In this document: piece by piece, positions 1-7,550 of the stretch
Position numbering within the stretch: the stretch's first letter is position 1
Layout of the letters: every line of letters starts with the position of its first letter
NCBI GenBank assembly: GCA_026390795.1
Contig: JAPLFG010000005.1
Coordinates: forward strand, 98,200 to 162,199
From: Ignavibacteriales bacterium
GTDB taxonomy: Bacteria; Bacteroidota; Ignavibacteria; Ignavibacteriales; Melioribacteraceae
Length of the DNA stretch: 64,000 bases
Direction of reading: 5' to 3'
Notes under the pieces: model-generated
What the model was told of the DNA's origin: nothing
What the model saw: the letters and a program-made list of their open reading frames with translations, nothing else
Database searches by the model: none
Made by a program: the position numbers and the translations under genes

Positions 1-972
1 GGGATCCGTCTTTCTTAGAACTGCATGACCGAATCCAGGAATTACACCTGTCTCCAGAGTTTTGTAAACGAAAGCTTTAATATCTTCCTCTGTCGGAACT
101 TTTCCGCCCATTGATTCCATTACACCATGAAGCCATCTTAATACTTCTTCGTTTGCAAGACCATGTAATGGTCCGGCTAATCCATTTAACATTGCGCTGA
201 TAGCATAATACATATCAGAAAGTGCGCTTGCTACCAAATGACCGGTATGTGCGCTGACATTACCGCTTTCGTGATCGCTATGTAAAATAAAATACATTCT
301 TGCAACATCGTCGTAAGGTTTATCAATGCCCATCATGTGAGCAAAGTTTCCGCCAAAATCCAATTTAGGATCTGCGGCAATAATTTTACCATCACGGTAT
401 TTCAATCTATATATGAAAGCTGCAATCTCAGGAAGTTTTGCAAGGAGATCCATTGCGTCTTCGTAATAGGCTTCCCAATAATTTCCTTTTTTCAATCCTT
501 TATGATATTCTTTAGCAAAGACAGAATCTTTTTGCATACACATAATTGCAGTTGCCAACATAGTCATTGGATGAGAATCGAGAGGCATTGCACGAAGAAG
601 ATCAAATACATATGACGGAACAGTTTTTCTGCTATCGAATTCAGCTTTAACTTCAGCAACTTCTTTTTCAGTTGGAATGTCTCCCGTTAGAAGAAGATAG
701 AAAAATCCTTCAACAGAAGGCATTTCACTTCCGGCAACTTTGGGAAGTTTTTCAAATACTTCTGGAATTGTGAATCCTCGGAAACGAATTCCTTCAAAAG
801 GATCTAGATAAGAGATATCCGTCACAAGACTTTTGATATCACGCATACCGCCGATGATTTGACCAATTGTGACTTCATCAACTTTAACATTGCCGTATTC
901 TTTTAATAACTTTTCTGTTCTCGGACGTTCAGCTACTATTTTCTCGCGTAACTTATCCTTTAGGATGGACAT
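1..972 (-). CDS. gltA: citrate synthase, N-terminal 324 codons (3' end runs off the window)
   Basis: Absent from the ORF track because it is open at position 1. My minus-strand translation from ATG at 972 reads MSILKDKLREKIVAERPRTEKLLKEYGNVKVDEVTIGQIIGGMRDIK... and ends ...GVIPGFGHAVLRKTDP at the edge, which is the citrate synthase His signature. GGAGG sits at 978-982. Confidence 0.9.
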   Translation of the reverse strand, partial: MSILKDKLREKIVAERPRTEKLLKEYGNVKVDEVTIGQIIGGMRDIKSLVTDISYLDPFEGIRFRGFTIPEVFEKLPKVAGSEMPSVEGFFYLLLTGDIPTEKEVAEVKAEFDSRKTVPSYVFDLLRAMPLDSHPMTMLATAIMCMQKDSVFAKEYHKGLKKGNYWEAYYEDAMDLLAKLPEIAAFIYRLKYRDGKIIAADPKLDFGGNFAHMMGIDKPYDDVARMYFILHSDHESGNVSAHTGHLVASALSDMYYAISAMLNGLAGPLHGLANEEVLRWLHGVMESMGGKVPTEEDIKAFVYKTLETGVIPGFGHAVLRKTDP

Positions 973-1017
973 ACTTTCCTCCTTACTTTTAAGAGTATTA
1001 GTTTATATTAAAATTCT

Positions 1018-2319
1018 CTAAATCAATTTCTTTAGAGAAGTGATTACATTACCGGCGGCTAATCTGCCGCTTAAAACCGCACTTTCTATTGTAGAGGGCA
1101 GTCCAGTATTAATCCAGTCACCTGCAAAGAACAAATTTTCAAAAGACAAAAAGAAATTTTTCCTTAATTCATTCGAAACAATATCAGGGACAAACGTAGC
1201 ACGTTTCTCTTTAATAAATTTTGAATCAAGGATAATTTCTCTATGGAATATAGGGAAATATCTTTCTAACTCGGAAATAAATTCATCAACTATTTTTTCA
1301 TTTTCCATCTTGGTTAGAATGTCCGCTGAACTTGCGGTTAGACTAATGTGCTTACCATGATTAAAGACCCAATGTATTTTGGAATCAATCAATCCATAAA
1401 ATTTTTCATTAAATGGATTCTCTTTAAGCCATAGGTGAACATTGACAATTGGAGAATACTCAAGTCCGGGAAACTCAATTTTTTGATTTGAAAGAAAATC
1501 TATTTTTTCGAGTGCGTATGCCGGTACGGCAGAGATGACAAAATCGAATTCGTTATAAGTATTTCGGTCCGTCACGATTCCGGTAATTTTATTTCCTTCC
1601 AGAATTATTTTAATTACTTTTTCCGAGAGATTAATTTTTGCTTTTCTGTTTGTAATGAACTTTATGGAATCTTCAATGTAGAGTTGTGTCAATCCGGCTT
1701 TTGGTAAAAGAATTGCGGCAGAGTTATTTCCAGTTAAAAAAATTCTTTTTAAAATTTCCGCAAATATTTCCGCAGAGGCTTTCTCCACAGTTGTATTGAA
1801 TGCGCCAACAACAAGAATTTCCCAGAATGCTTTAATCGAATTATCGCTTTGATTTTTGCATTTAAGCCATTCACTTACTGTTTTATCTTTTAGATCGCAT
1901 GAATAACAGCAGAGAAGATCTAAAAAGAAATCGATCACTTTTAATCTTTCTTTTACAGAAAGAGCTTTGTAATTCATAATTCCATATAAAAGATTCAATG
2001 GGTAAAAATATTTTTTTGAATCAAGTCTATGAATTGAGCCGCCTCTTTTAACAAAAGGAATGGAAAGAGATTTTTGAATCTCCAGTTTATCCAACGAATT
2101 AATTTTTTTTAGGAAGGCAATTGTCTCTTCATAACAACCCATCAAAATATGCTGACCGTTATCAAAGATATCATTTTGTGAATCGTTTAAAAGAGAGTAT
2201 GCGCGTCCGCCAAGTTTGGGAGATGCTTCAAGGAGAGTGACTTCAAAATTGTTTTCTGCAAGGTAAACTGAAGTACTTAGACCGGCAAATCCTCCACCGA
2301 AAACAATAACACGTTTCAT
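1018..2319 (-). CDS. hpnE: FAD-dependent desaturase, HpnE-like hydroxysqualene dehydroxylase
   Basis: 433 aa with dinucleotide-binding N-terminus VIVFGGGFAGLSTSVYLAE. 1-nt stop/start overlap (TGATG) with the two upstream squalene/phytoene synthase paralogs gives the HpnC-HpnD-HpnE order. Confidence 0.8.
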   Translation of the reverse strand: MKRVIVFGGGFAGLSTSVYLAENNFEVTLLEASPKLGGRAYSLLNDSQNDIFDNGQHILMGCYEETIAFLKKINSLDKLEIQKSLSIPFVKRGGSIHRLDSKKYFYPLNLLYGIMNYKALSVKERLKVIDFFLDLLCCYSCDLKDKTVSEWLKCKNQSDNSIKAFWEILVVGAFNTTVEKASAEIFAEILKRIFLTGNNSAAILLPKAGLTQLYIEDSIKFITNRKAKINLSEKVIKIILEGNKITGIVTDRNTYNEFDFVISAVPAYALEKIDFLSNQKIEFPGLEYSPIVNVHLWLKENPFNEKFYGLIDSKIHWVFNHGKHISLTASSADILTKMENEKIVDEFISELERYFPIFHREIILDSKFIKEKRATFVPDIVSNELRKNFFLSFENLFFAGDWINTGLPSTIESAVLSGRLAAGNVITSLKKLI

Positions 2320-3161
2320 CAGTAAACGAGATTATACTTAGCCCAAACGCCAACAGATATTGCGGCTTTTTCGAATGTGCCGACTTTTATTCTTTTATTG
2401 TACACGTCAAAGTTTTCAGTTTCCAGTTTGGAGAGGAGACGATGATAAATATGCTGCATTGCCCGGGCAGGAAATAATGCGGGCTTGTCATCAAAATCGA
2501 GAGCTTGATTTGCCTTATCAAAGAAATTTTCAGCGCGTTTTGCCTCATGACTCATAAGGGAAATAAAATTATCGTTGTACTTCTTGTTAAAAATATCCTG
2601 TTCACTATATTGAAATGTAGCTAAATCATTTTGCGGAAGATAAATTCTCCCCTTCTCAGAATCTTTCTTTACATCACGCAAAATATTTGTCAGCTGCATT
2701 GCTAAGCCAAGATTAACAGCGTAATCTCTTGTTGATTTATTTTTATACCCGAAAATTTCGATACACATTAGTCCTACTGTTGAAGCGACTTGATAACAAT
2801 ATTGAACCAATTCCTCAAAGTTCCGGTAACGTTTATGCTGCAAATCCATTTCCATACCGGCTATTAAACCAAAGAATGGATCGATAGGAATATTGAACTG
2901 TTTTATAATTGAGGCAAGTTTATTGAAAAGCGGAAAGTCTGATGTGGCGTATAAAGCTTTCTCTAATTCAATTCTCCATTTGCGAAGTCTCTCATATTTC
3001 AATTCTTCGTTATCATCACCTTCATCAACAATATCATCTGTCTTTCTGCAAAAAGCATAGACAGTATTCATCGCGTCTCGTTTTGGCTTTGCCAGGAGCG
3101 AGAACGCGTAATAGAAACTGCTATTACTTTCTTTCGCTATTTGCTTGGATTGATCAATCAT
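2319..3161 (-). CDS. hpnD: squalene/phytoene synthase family, HpnD-like presqualene diphosphate synthase
   Basis: 280 aa with Asp-rich motif AFCRKTDDIVDEGD and second motif QLTNILRDVKKDSEKGRIYLP. Overlaps hpnC by 8 nt. Confidence 0.8.
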   Translation of the reverse strand: MIDQSKQIAKESNSSFYYAFSLLAKPKRDAMNTVYAFCRKTDDIVDEGDDNEELKYERLRKWRIELEKALYATSDFPLFNKLASIIKQFNIPIDPFFGLIAGMEMDLQHKRYRNFEELVQYCYQVASTVGLMCIEIFGYKNKSTRDYAVNLGLAMQLTNILRDVKKDSEKGRIYLPQNDLATFQYSEQDIFNKKYNDNFISLMSHEAKRAENFFDKANQALDFDDKPALFPARAMQHIYHRLLSKLETENFDVYNKRIKVGTFEKAAISVGVWAKYNLVY

Positions 3162-3906
3162 TTAAAAAAGTTCTGAAGAATAGTTTTATGTAGTCTAATT
3201 TAGTTAGGGACGGACGTGAGTGGAGAACATCGTAATTGTACTCTTCAATAATTTCTAGAATCTTTTCTCCTCCGTTAATTGTCATTTGTATCTGCCTCTT
3301 CAATTCCTTTGGAAGTCTCGGTAATAGTTTCCGTCCTTCTCTAAAAAGCTTCTTGGTTCTATCTACCTCGTATTTCAATAGCTGTTCAAAGTTAGTATTA
3401 TTTTTTCTTAACTCAAACTTGTCCTCCGTAACACCAAATTTTTGCATCTCATCAATAGGAACGTAAATTCTGCCTTTTTGGATATCAACCGAAACATCTT
3501 GATAAAAATTTGTTAATTGCAGAGCAGTGCAAACCGAGTCTGAATACCGGCAGGATTCTTCATCATATATATTAAAAAATTCCAGAATAATCCTTCCGAC
3601 GGGATTTGCAGATCTCTCGCAGTAATTGAGAATTTCCTCAAATGTTTTGTAACGTGTTTTAACAACATCTTGTCTGAACGCGCTTAATAGATCAAAGAAA
3701 TATTTGGGAGTGAGTTTGAATACAGAGATCGTATTATTGAGCGCAAACCAAAAATCATTTTCAAATTTTCCGGTAATACATTTTTTAAGACTCTCTTCAT
3801 ACAATTCTAAATTCTCAATTCGCAATTCTGAATTAAATTCTCCTTCATCCGCAATATCATCCGCTTGACGGGCGAATTGATATACAACTGCTACATGTTC
3901 TTTCAA
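3154..3906 (-). CDS. hpnC: squalene/phytoene synthase family, HpnC-like hydroxysqualene synthase (true start probably further upstream)
   Basis: Motifs YQFARQADDIADEG and QLTNFYQDVSVDIQKGRIYVP. The track start at 3906 is TTG. The frame stays open to 4056 and encodes the conserved SHYENFPV segment upstream of that TTG. Confidence 0.8.
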   Translation of the reverse strand: MKEHVAVVYQFARQADDIADEGEFNSELRIENLELYEESLKKCITGKFENDFWFALNNTISVFKLTPKYFFDLLSAFRQDVVKTRYKTFEEILNYCERSANPVGRIILEFFNIYDEESCRYSDSVCTALQLTNFYQDVSVDIQKGRIYVPIDEMQKFGVTEDKFELRKNNTNFEQLLKYEVDRTKKLFREGRKLLPRLPKELKRQIQMTINGGEKILEIIEEYNYDVLHSRPSLTKLDYIKLFFRTFLND

Positions 3907-4067
3907 ATGTTTTGGAAGGAAATAAGAAATTACCGGAAAATTTTCATAGTGGGATTTTGTAAAGAGAAGAGCCTGCTTGTATGCTGATTCTAATGAAATA
4001 GCCGCACCATTTTTATTTGTGTCCGGAACTGTCCGCGAAAGCGGATGTAACCCAAACTATTTATTAG

Positions 4068-4151
4068 TGCCCAAAAGGGGACTCGAACCCCTACGAGATT
4101 GCTCTCACTAGCTCCTGAAGCTAGCGCGTCTACCAATTCCGCCATCCGGGC
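4068..4151 (-). tRNA. tRNA-Leu (anticodon CAG), type II with long variable arm
   Basis: Minus strand reads GCCCGGA-TG-GCG-GAATTGGTAGA-CGC-G-CTAGC-TTCAGGA-GCTAG-TGAGAGCAATCTCGT-AGGGG-TTCGAGT-CCCCT-TTTGGGC-A. This gives a 7-bp acceptor (three G-U/A-U pairs at the base), GAGA/TCTC variable stem, GGTTCGAGTCC T-loop and anticodon CAG. Confidence 0.9.
4121..4151. repeat. 31-bp direct repeat, left copy (inside the intact tRNA-Leu, tRNA nt 1-31); putative att core
   Basis: ctagcgcgtctaccaattccgccatccgggc is identical to 25446-25476. The flanking bases differ on both sides. Confidence 0.85.
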
Positions 4152-4560
4152 GTTGATTAAAGTTGCGAATTCAGCTGATAATCAAAGTTTTTTTGAAAGT
4201 AAAAAACTATTTCAAAAATTTTGTATGGTAATTTGCTAGTAAAAATTAAAAATCAGTTAATTAACGCGGTGTAAGATAATAATTTCTTGAATAAAAATAT
4301 TCTTCAGTAAAAATTAAAAAGCGATATGAATTTACTTATCACTAAGGATCAATAATTTATGGGGCTTGTTTTGGTTATGTTAGCTCACTCAACTAACAAA
4401 ACTCCCCCACTGACCGTTCTGACTACTGTGACTGCCCTTTTCGAAAACTCTTTTATATAATTATATATATACTTCTACTACTCTACTTACTAATATTAAT
4501 TCTATTATAATTTATAAAAAGAACAGTCATCACAGACACTACAGTCACTTTGTTTGATTT

Positions 4561-4611
4561 TAAAATGAAATGAAAGGATTGAGTGGCTGTTGTTGTTTAA
4601 TCAACAGTCAC
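4561..4611 (-). terminator. putative rho-independent terminator of the 685-aa gene
   Basis: GTGGCTGTTG (4583-4592) pairs with CAACAGTCAC (4602-4611), 9 of 10 bp. On the minus strand it is followed by a T-rich tract (TCAATCCTTTCATTTCATTTTA). Lies 40 nt after the stop at 4651. Confidence 0.5.
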
Positions 4612-4650
4612 ATCATTAGACTTATAATCTGCAGAAAAGGTCTACAATCA

Positions 4651-6708
4651 CTACTTAATTATTAACATTTTCTTTAAGTCTGTAAATTTATTCGCTGTTA
4701 TTCTGTAAAAATAAACTCCGCTTGAAAAATTACTTGCGTTAAATTCTATTTCATGATTGCCAGCGGGTATTTCTTGATTAATTAAAGTTTTTACCTCTCG
4801 ACCAAGTACATCATAAATAATTAATTTTGTGAATGAAACTTCTGGCAAACTGAATTTTATTTTTGTTGAGGGGTTGAATGGATTTGGATAGTTTTGTTCA
4901 AGTACATAATTTATCGGGAAGATATTTTCATTATTTATGTCTGTAGTAAAATCTGATAGAAGGCGTTTCCAGACACCAGTATCATATGTAGCAGCAAATA
5001 GATATGTACTATTGACAGCGACAGGACCTACACCCTGACCATTTAAACCTAAGGCAGTCCAGCTTGTACCGTTGTTTGTTGAGAGAAAAACATTATTATA
5101 AGTACCTGCAAAGATATTAGAATTGCTGACTGCAAGAGACGTGATAAAAATATTTAAACCAGTATTGACAGCAGTCCAACTAGTTCCATTATTTGTTGAA
5201 AGAAAGACACCGTTGCCATAGGTTCCTGCAAATAGATTTGTGCCTTTAACAGCAAGAGATGTGATCGTTAAGTTTGTCAAACCATTATTTACTGCACTCC
5301 AACCTGTGCCGTTGTCTGCAGATAAAAACACACCGCTGTTATTTGTTCCGGCAAAGAGATTTGAGCCGTTGACGGCAAGACATTGAATGCCTTGATAGTC
5401 AAATGACAAACCATTATTTACAGCATTCCAGCTAGAGCCGTTGTTCATAGAAAGATAAACACCAGAATTGATTCCGGCAAAAATATTTGTGCCCTTAATG
5501 ACTAGTGAATAGACTACTGTATTATCTGGTTGCGGAAAACCATTATTAACGGCTGTCCAGCTTGTTCCTTTGTTTGTGGAAAGATAAACACCGGCTGCAT
5601 GTAGACCAGCAAAAAGATTTATACCGTCGAAGGCAAGAGAAGAGACATAAAAGTTAACAAACGCAACTACATTCCAGTTTATACCGTTGTTTGTTGAATG
5701 AAAGATATGTTTGTCCGATCCAGCATAGATATCTGTGCCGTAAATGGCAAAAGAATAAATATGGGTGTTTGTAAAACTAGTATTGAGAGTGACCCAGCTT
5801 GTGCCGTTGTTTGTTGATAAAAAAACACCACTGCCATCTGTTCCTGCAAAGAGATTTGTACCATTGAAGGCAAGAGTCGTGATCCAAGTATTCGTCAAAC
5901 CATTATTTAAAGAAGTCCAGTTTATTCCATTATTTGTGGAAAGATAGACGCCGCTGCTGGTTCCTGCAATTAGATTTGCACCATTGAAGAAAAGAGAATT
6001 GACCATTGCACCTGAAAAACCAATTGACGTCCAACTTGTTCCATTGTCTGTTGAAAGGAAAATACCGTCAATAGTTCCAGCATAAAGATTTGTACCTTGG
6101 ATGGCAAATGAATGTGTAATAGTATTCTTCAAACCAACAGAAGTCCAGTTTGCTCCGTTGTTTGTGGAAAGCCAGACTCCACTGCCAATAGTTCCTGCAA
6201 AGATATTTGTACCGTCAAAGGCAAAAGAATAAACACCATACACCCATGTCAATCCATTATTGACTTCAGTCCAACTTGTACCATTGTTTGTGGATAGATA
6301 GATGCCCCAATCAGTACCTGCAAATAGATTTGTACCATTGAAGGTAAGACGATAGACATTAGCTCCGGGTTTAAGACCATTATTGACCTCAGTCCAACTT
6401 GTTCCGTTGTTTGTGGAAAGATAAACGCCGGAATTGGTTCCTAAAAAAATATTTGTGCCTTTAATGGCAAGACTTTGGTACTTATGCGCTGAGCTCAACT
6501 GTAATCCATTATTGACCGCAGTCCAACTTGTTCCGTTGTTTGTGGAAAGCCAGACTCCACTATCCTCTGTGGCAGCAAAGATATTGGAACCAGAAAATGC
6601 GATATCCAGAACTACATCACCATAAGGCCCTGTTCGAGTCCATTGTGCTTGCGCCATACTTGTTACTAAAATAAAGCAAGTAAGGAAATGAAAAAATATT
6701 TTATTCAT
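4651..6708 (-). CDS. secreted repeat protein (13 BNR/Asp-box-like STNNGTSWT repeats) with T9SS C-terminal sorting domain
   Basis: 685 aa. Signal peptide MNKIFFHFLTCFILVTSMAQAQ. 13 repeats of G-V-[YFW]-L-S-T-N-N-G-T-S-W-T-x-V-N-N-G-L. C-terminus is NYPNPFNPSTKIKFSL...IYDVLGREV...GVYFYRI. Confidence 0.85.
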   Translation of the reverse strand: MNKIFFHFLTCFILVTSMAQAQWTRTGPYGDVVLDIAFSGSNIFAATEDSGVWLSTNNGTSWTAVNNGLQLSSAHKYQSLAIKGTNIFLGTNSGVYLSTNNGTSWTEVNNGLKPGANVYRLTFNGTNLFAGTDWGIYLSTNNGTSWTEVNNGLTWVYGVYSFAFDGTNIFAGTIGSGVWLSTNNGANWTSVGLKNTITHSFAIQGTNLYAGTIDGIFLSTDNGTSWTSIGFSGAMVNSLFFNGANLIAGTSSGVYLSTNNGINWTSLNNGLTNTWITTLAFNGTNLFAGTDGSGVFLSTNNGTSWVTLNTSFTNTHIYSFAIYGTDIYAGSDKHIFHSTNNGINWNVVAFVNFYVSSLAFDGINLFAGLHAAGVYLSTNKGTSWTAVNNGFPQPDNTVVYSLVIKGTNIFAGINSGVYLSMNNGSSWNAVNNGLSFDYQGIQCLAVNGSNLFAGTNNSGVFLSADNGTGWSAVNNGLTNLTITSLAVKGTNLFAGTYGNGVFLSTNNGTSWTAVNTGLNIFITSLAVSNSNIFAGTYNNVFLSTNNGTSWTALGLNGQGVGPVAVNSTYLFAATYDTGVWKRLLSDFTTDINNENIFPINYVLEQNYPNPFNPSTKIKFSLPEVSFTKLIIYDVLGREVKTLINQEIPAGNHEIEFNASNFSSGVYFYRITANKFTDLKKMLIIK
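5030..6560 (-). repeat. in-frame tandem coding repeats (~40-45 codons each, 13 copies)
   Basis: Recurrent LSTNNGTSWT-type blocks in the 4651..6708 translation. These are coding repeats, not a CRISPR array. Confidence 0.8.
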
Positions 6709-6963
6709 AATAGTCTCACTACTGCAAGTATATCAGATTCTTTATATCCCAAAAATTTTTATCACCATTTGGAGCTATGGCCTCAATTTTACACCGACCT
6801 GCCCCCGAATTAAAGTTAGAAAAGTTAAGTTAGTTTTATTTTAATATCAACCACTGGCAACTCATCCGTCTAGCACGGATCGGTCAAGAATTTTTTTATC
6901 CTCTTGCTTTTTTACTTATTAAAGAGGTTAGCCAGCGACTCGTCACAAGCCAAGACGGCCGCC

Positions 6964-7344
6964 CTAGGGGTCTCGTTGGAATAACTTGTCAAGTACCGCC
7001 TTCTCAGTGGCCGCCTGCTGGCGCGCACGTTCCGCAAACGCCAATGAGAGTTTTCCATCTATCCACCTCCTGAGATGCGCCTGGGACTCTGGCGATGTGT
7101 CACTGGAATAGCGACGAAAGAGCCCCGAGAGTTTGATCCAGCATGACCACACTTCGGTACCGGTGTAAGTGCCGATACGGGTTTCATCGTCCCACCCAAA
7201 CTCCAGGCTGAGCCCGTTTGAGCATTCCGCACTCACCTTATTACTAAGAGTCCCGCAAGTATATTCGAGCCGATTCGCCGAATTCCAAGACAGCTCAAGT
7301 TGGTCGATGCGCTCTAGGATCACGACCAGTTCTTTATCGATCAT
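6964..7344 (-). CDS. hypothetical protein on a compositionally foreign GC-rich segment
   Basis: 126-aa ORF with GGAGG at 7351-7355. Hand counts give 35/60 G+C for 6961-7020 and 34/60 for 7021-7080, against 19/60 for 7441-7500. No recognisable motif. Confidence 0.55.
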   Translation of the reverse strand: MIDKELVVILERIDQLELSWNSANRLEYTCGTLSNKVSAECSNGLSLEFGWDDETRIGTYTGTEVWSCWIKLSGLFRRYSSDTSPESQAHLRRWIDGKLSLAFAERARQQAATEKAVLDKLFQRDP

Positions 7345-7361
7345 GTTCTTCCTCCGGTCTG

Positions 7362-7389
7362 ACTAACAGCGTTGTGCCTAAGCCGAAGC
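7362..7389 (-). repeat. GC-rich ~28-nt element, copy a (18-45 nt upstream of the 126-aa ORF start)
   Basis: CTAACAGCGTTGTGCCTAAGCCGAAGCC aligns with ATAACGGCGTTGCGTTTAAGCGGACGCC at 10003-10030, 21 of 28 identical with no gaps. Confidence 0.6.
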
Positions 7390-7520
7390 CCAACACAACT
7401 ATTTTTATTTTATTGACTAACTTTTATTTCGAACATACTTTCATTTACAAACTACGTTAAACAAAAAACTGAATCGGAACTACGAACTATCAAATTGCAC
7501 AAATGCCAAATGCGAAAACT

Positions 7521-7545
7521 GCGTCCGCTTTATTGGCTGGTTATA
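7521..7545 (+). repeat. GC-rich element, copy e (inverted; ends 5 nt from the ATPase stop codon)
   Basis: GCGTCCGCTT-TATTGGCTG-GTTATA. The reverse complement of 10002-10029 is GCGTCCGCTT-AAACGCAACGCC-GTTATA, so a 10-nt and a 6-nt terminal block are identical. Confidence 0.6.
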
Positions 7546-7550
7546 CGTAA

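Noticed and set aside
337-615. 92-aa plus-strand ORF from the track
   Set aside because: It lies antisense inside the clearly homologous citrate synthase reading frame, so it is a shadow ORF.
1040-1360. One example of the many 60-120-aa track ORFs antisense to or nested in large genes. Others include 2360-2557, 5679-5873, 6112-6297, 7648-7899, 13501-13860, 25777-26103, 36453-36662, 53086-53268, 60533-61033 and 62257-62574.
   Set aside because: Each lies wholly within a longer ORF that has strong family motifs. They are low-complexity or Cys/Phe-rich translations typical of AT-rich shadow frames.
4359-4460. 33-aa ORF (MGLVLVMLAHSTNKTPPLTVLTTVTALFENSFI) in the island left-end spacer
   Set aside because: It is short, overlaps the repeat-motif cluster and has only a weak RBS-like AAGGA. 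There is nothing to support translation.
4900-6600. Regularly spaced DNA repeats that could be mistaken for a CRISPR array
   Set aside because: They are in-frame coding repeats of the 685-aa BNR-like protein. There is no repeat-spacer structure and there are no cas genes in the window.
6927-6963. Possible fourth, degenerate copy of the GC-rich boundary element just after the 126-aa ORF stop (GTTAGCCAGCGACTCGTCACAAGCCAAGACGGCC)
   Set aside because: Only short blocks (AGCG, AAGCC) align and gaps are needed, so it is too weak to call.
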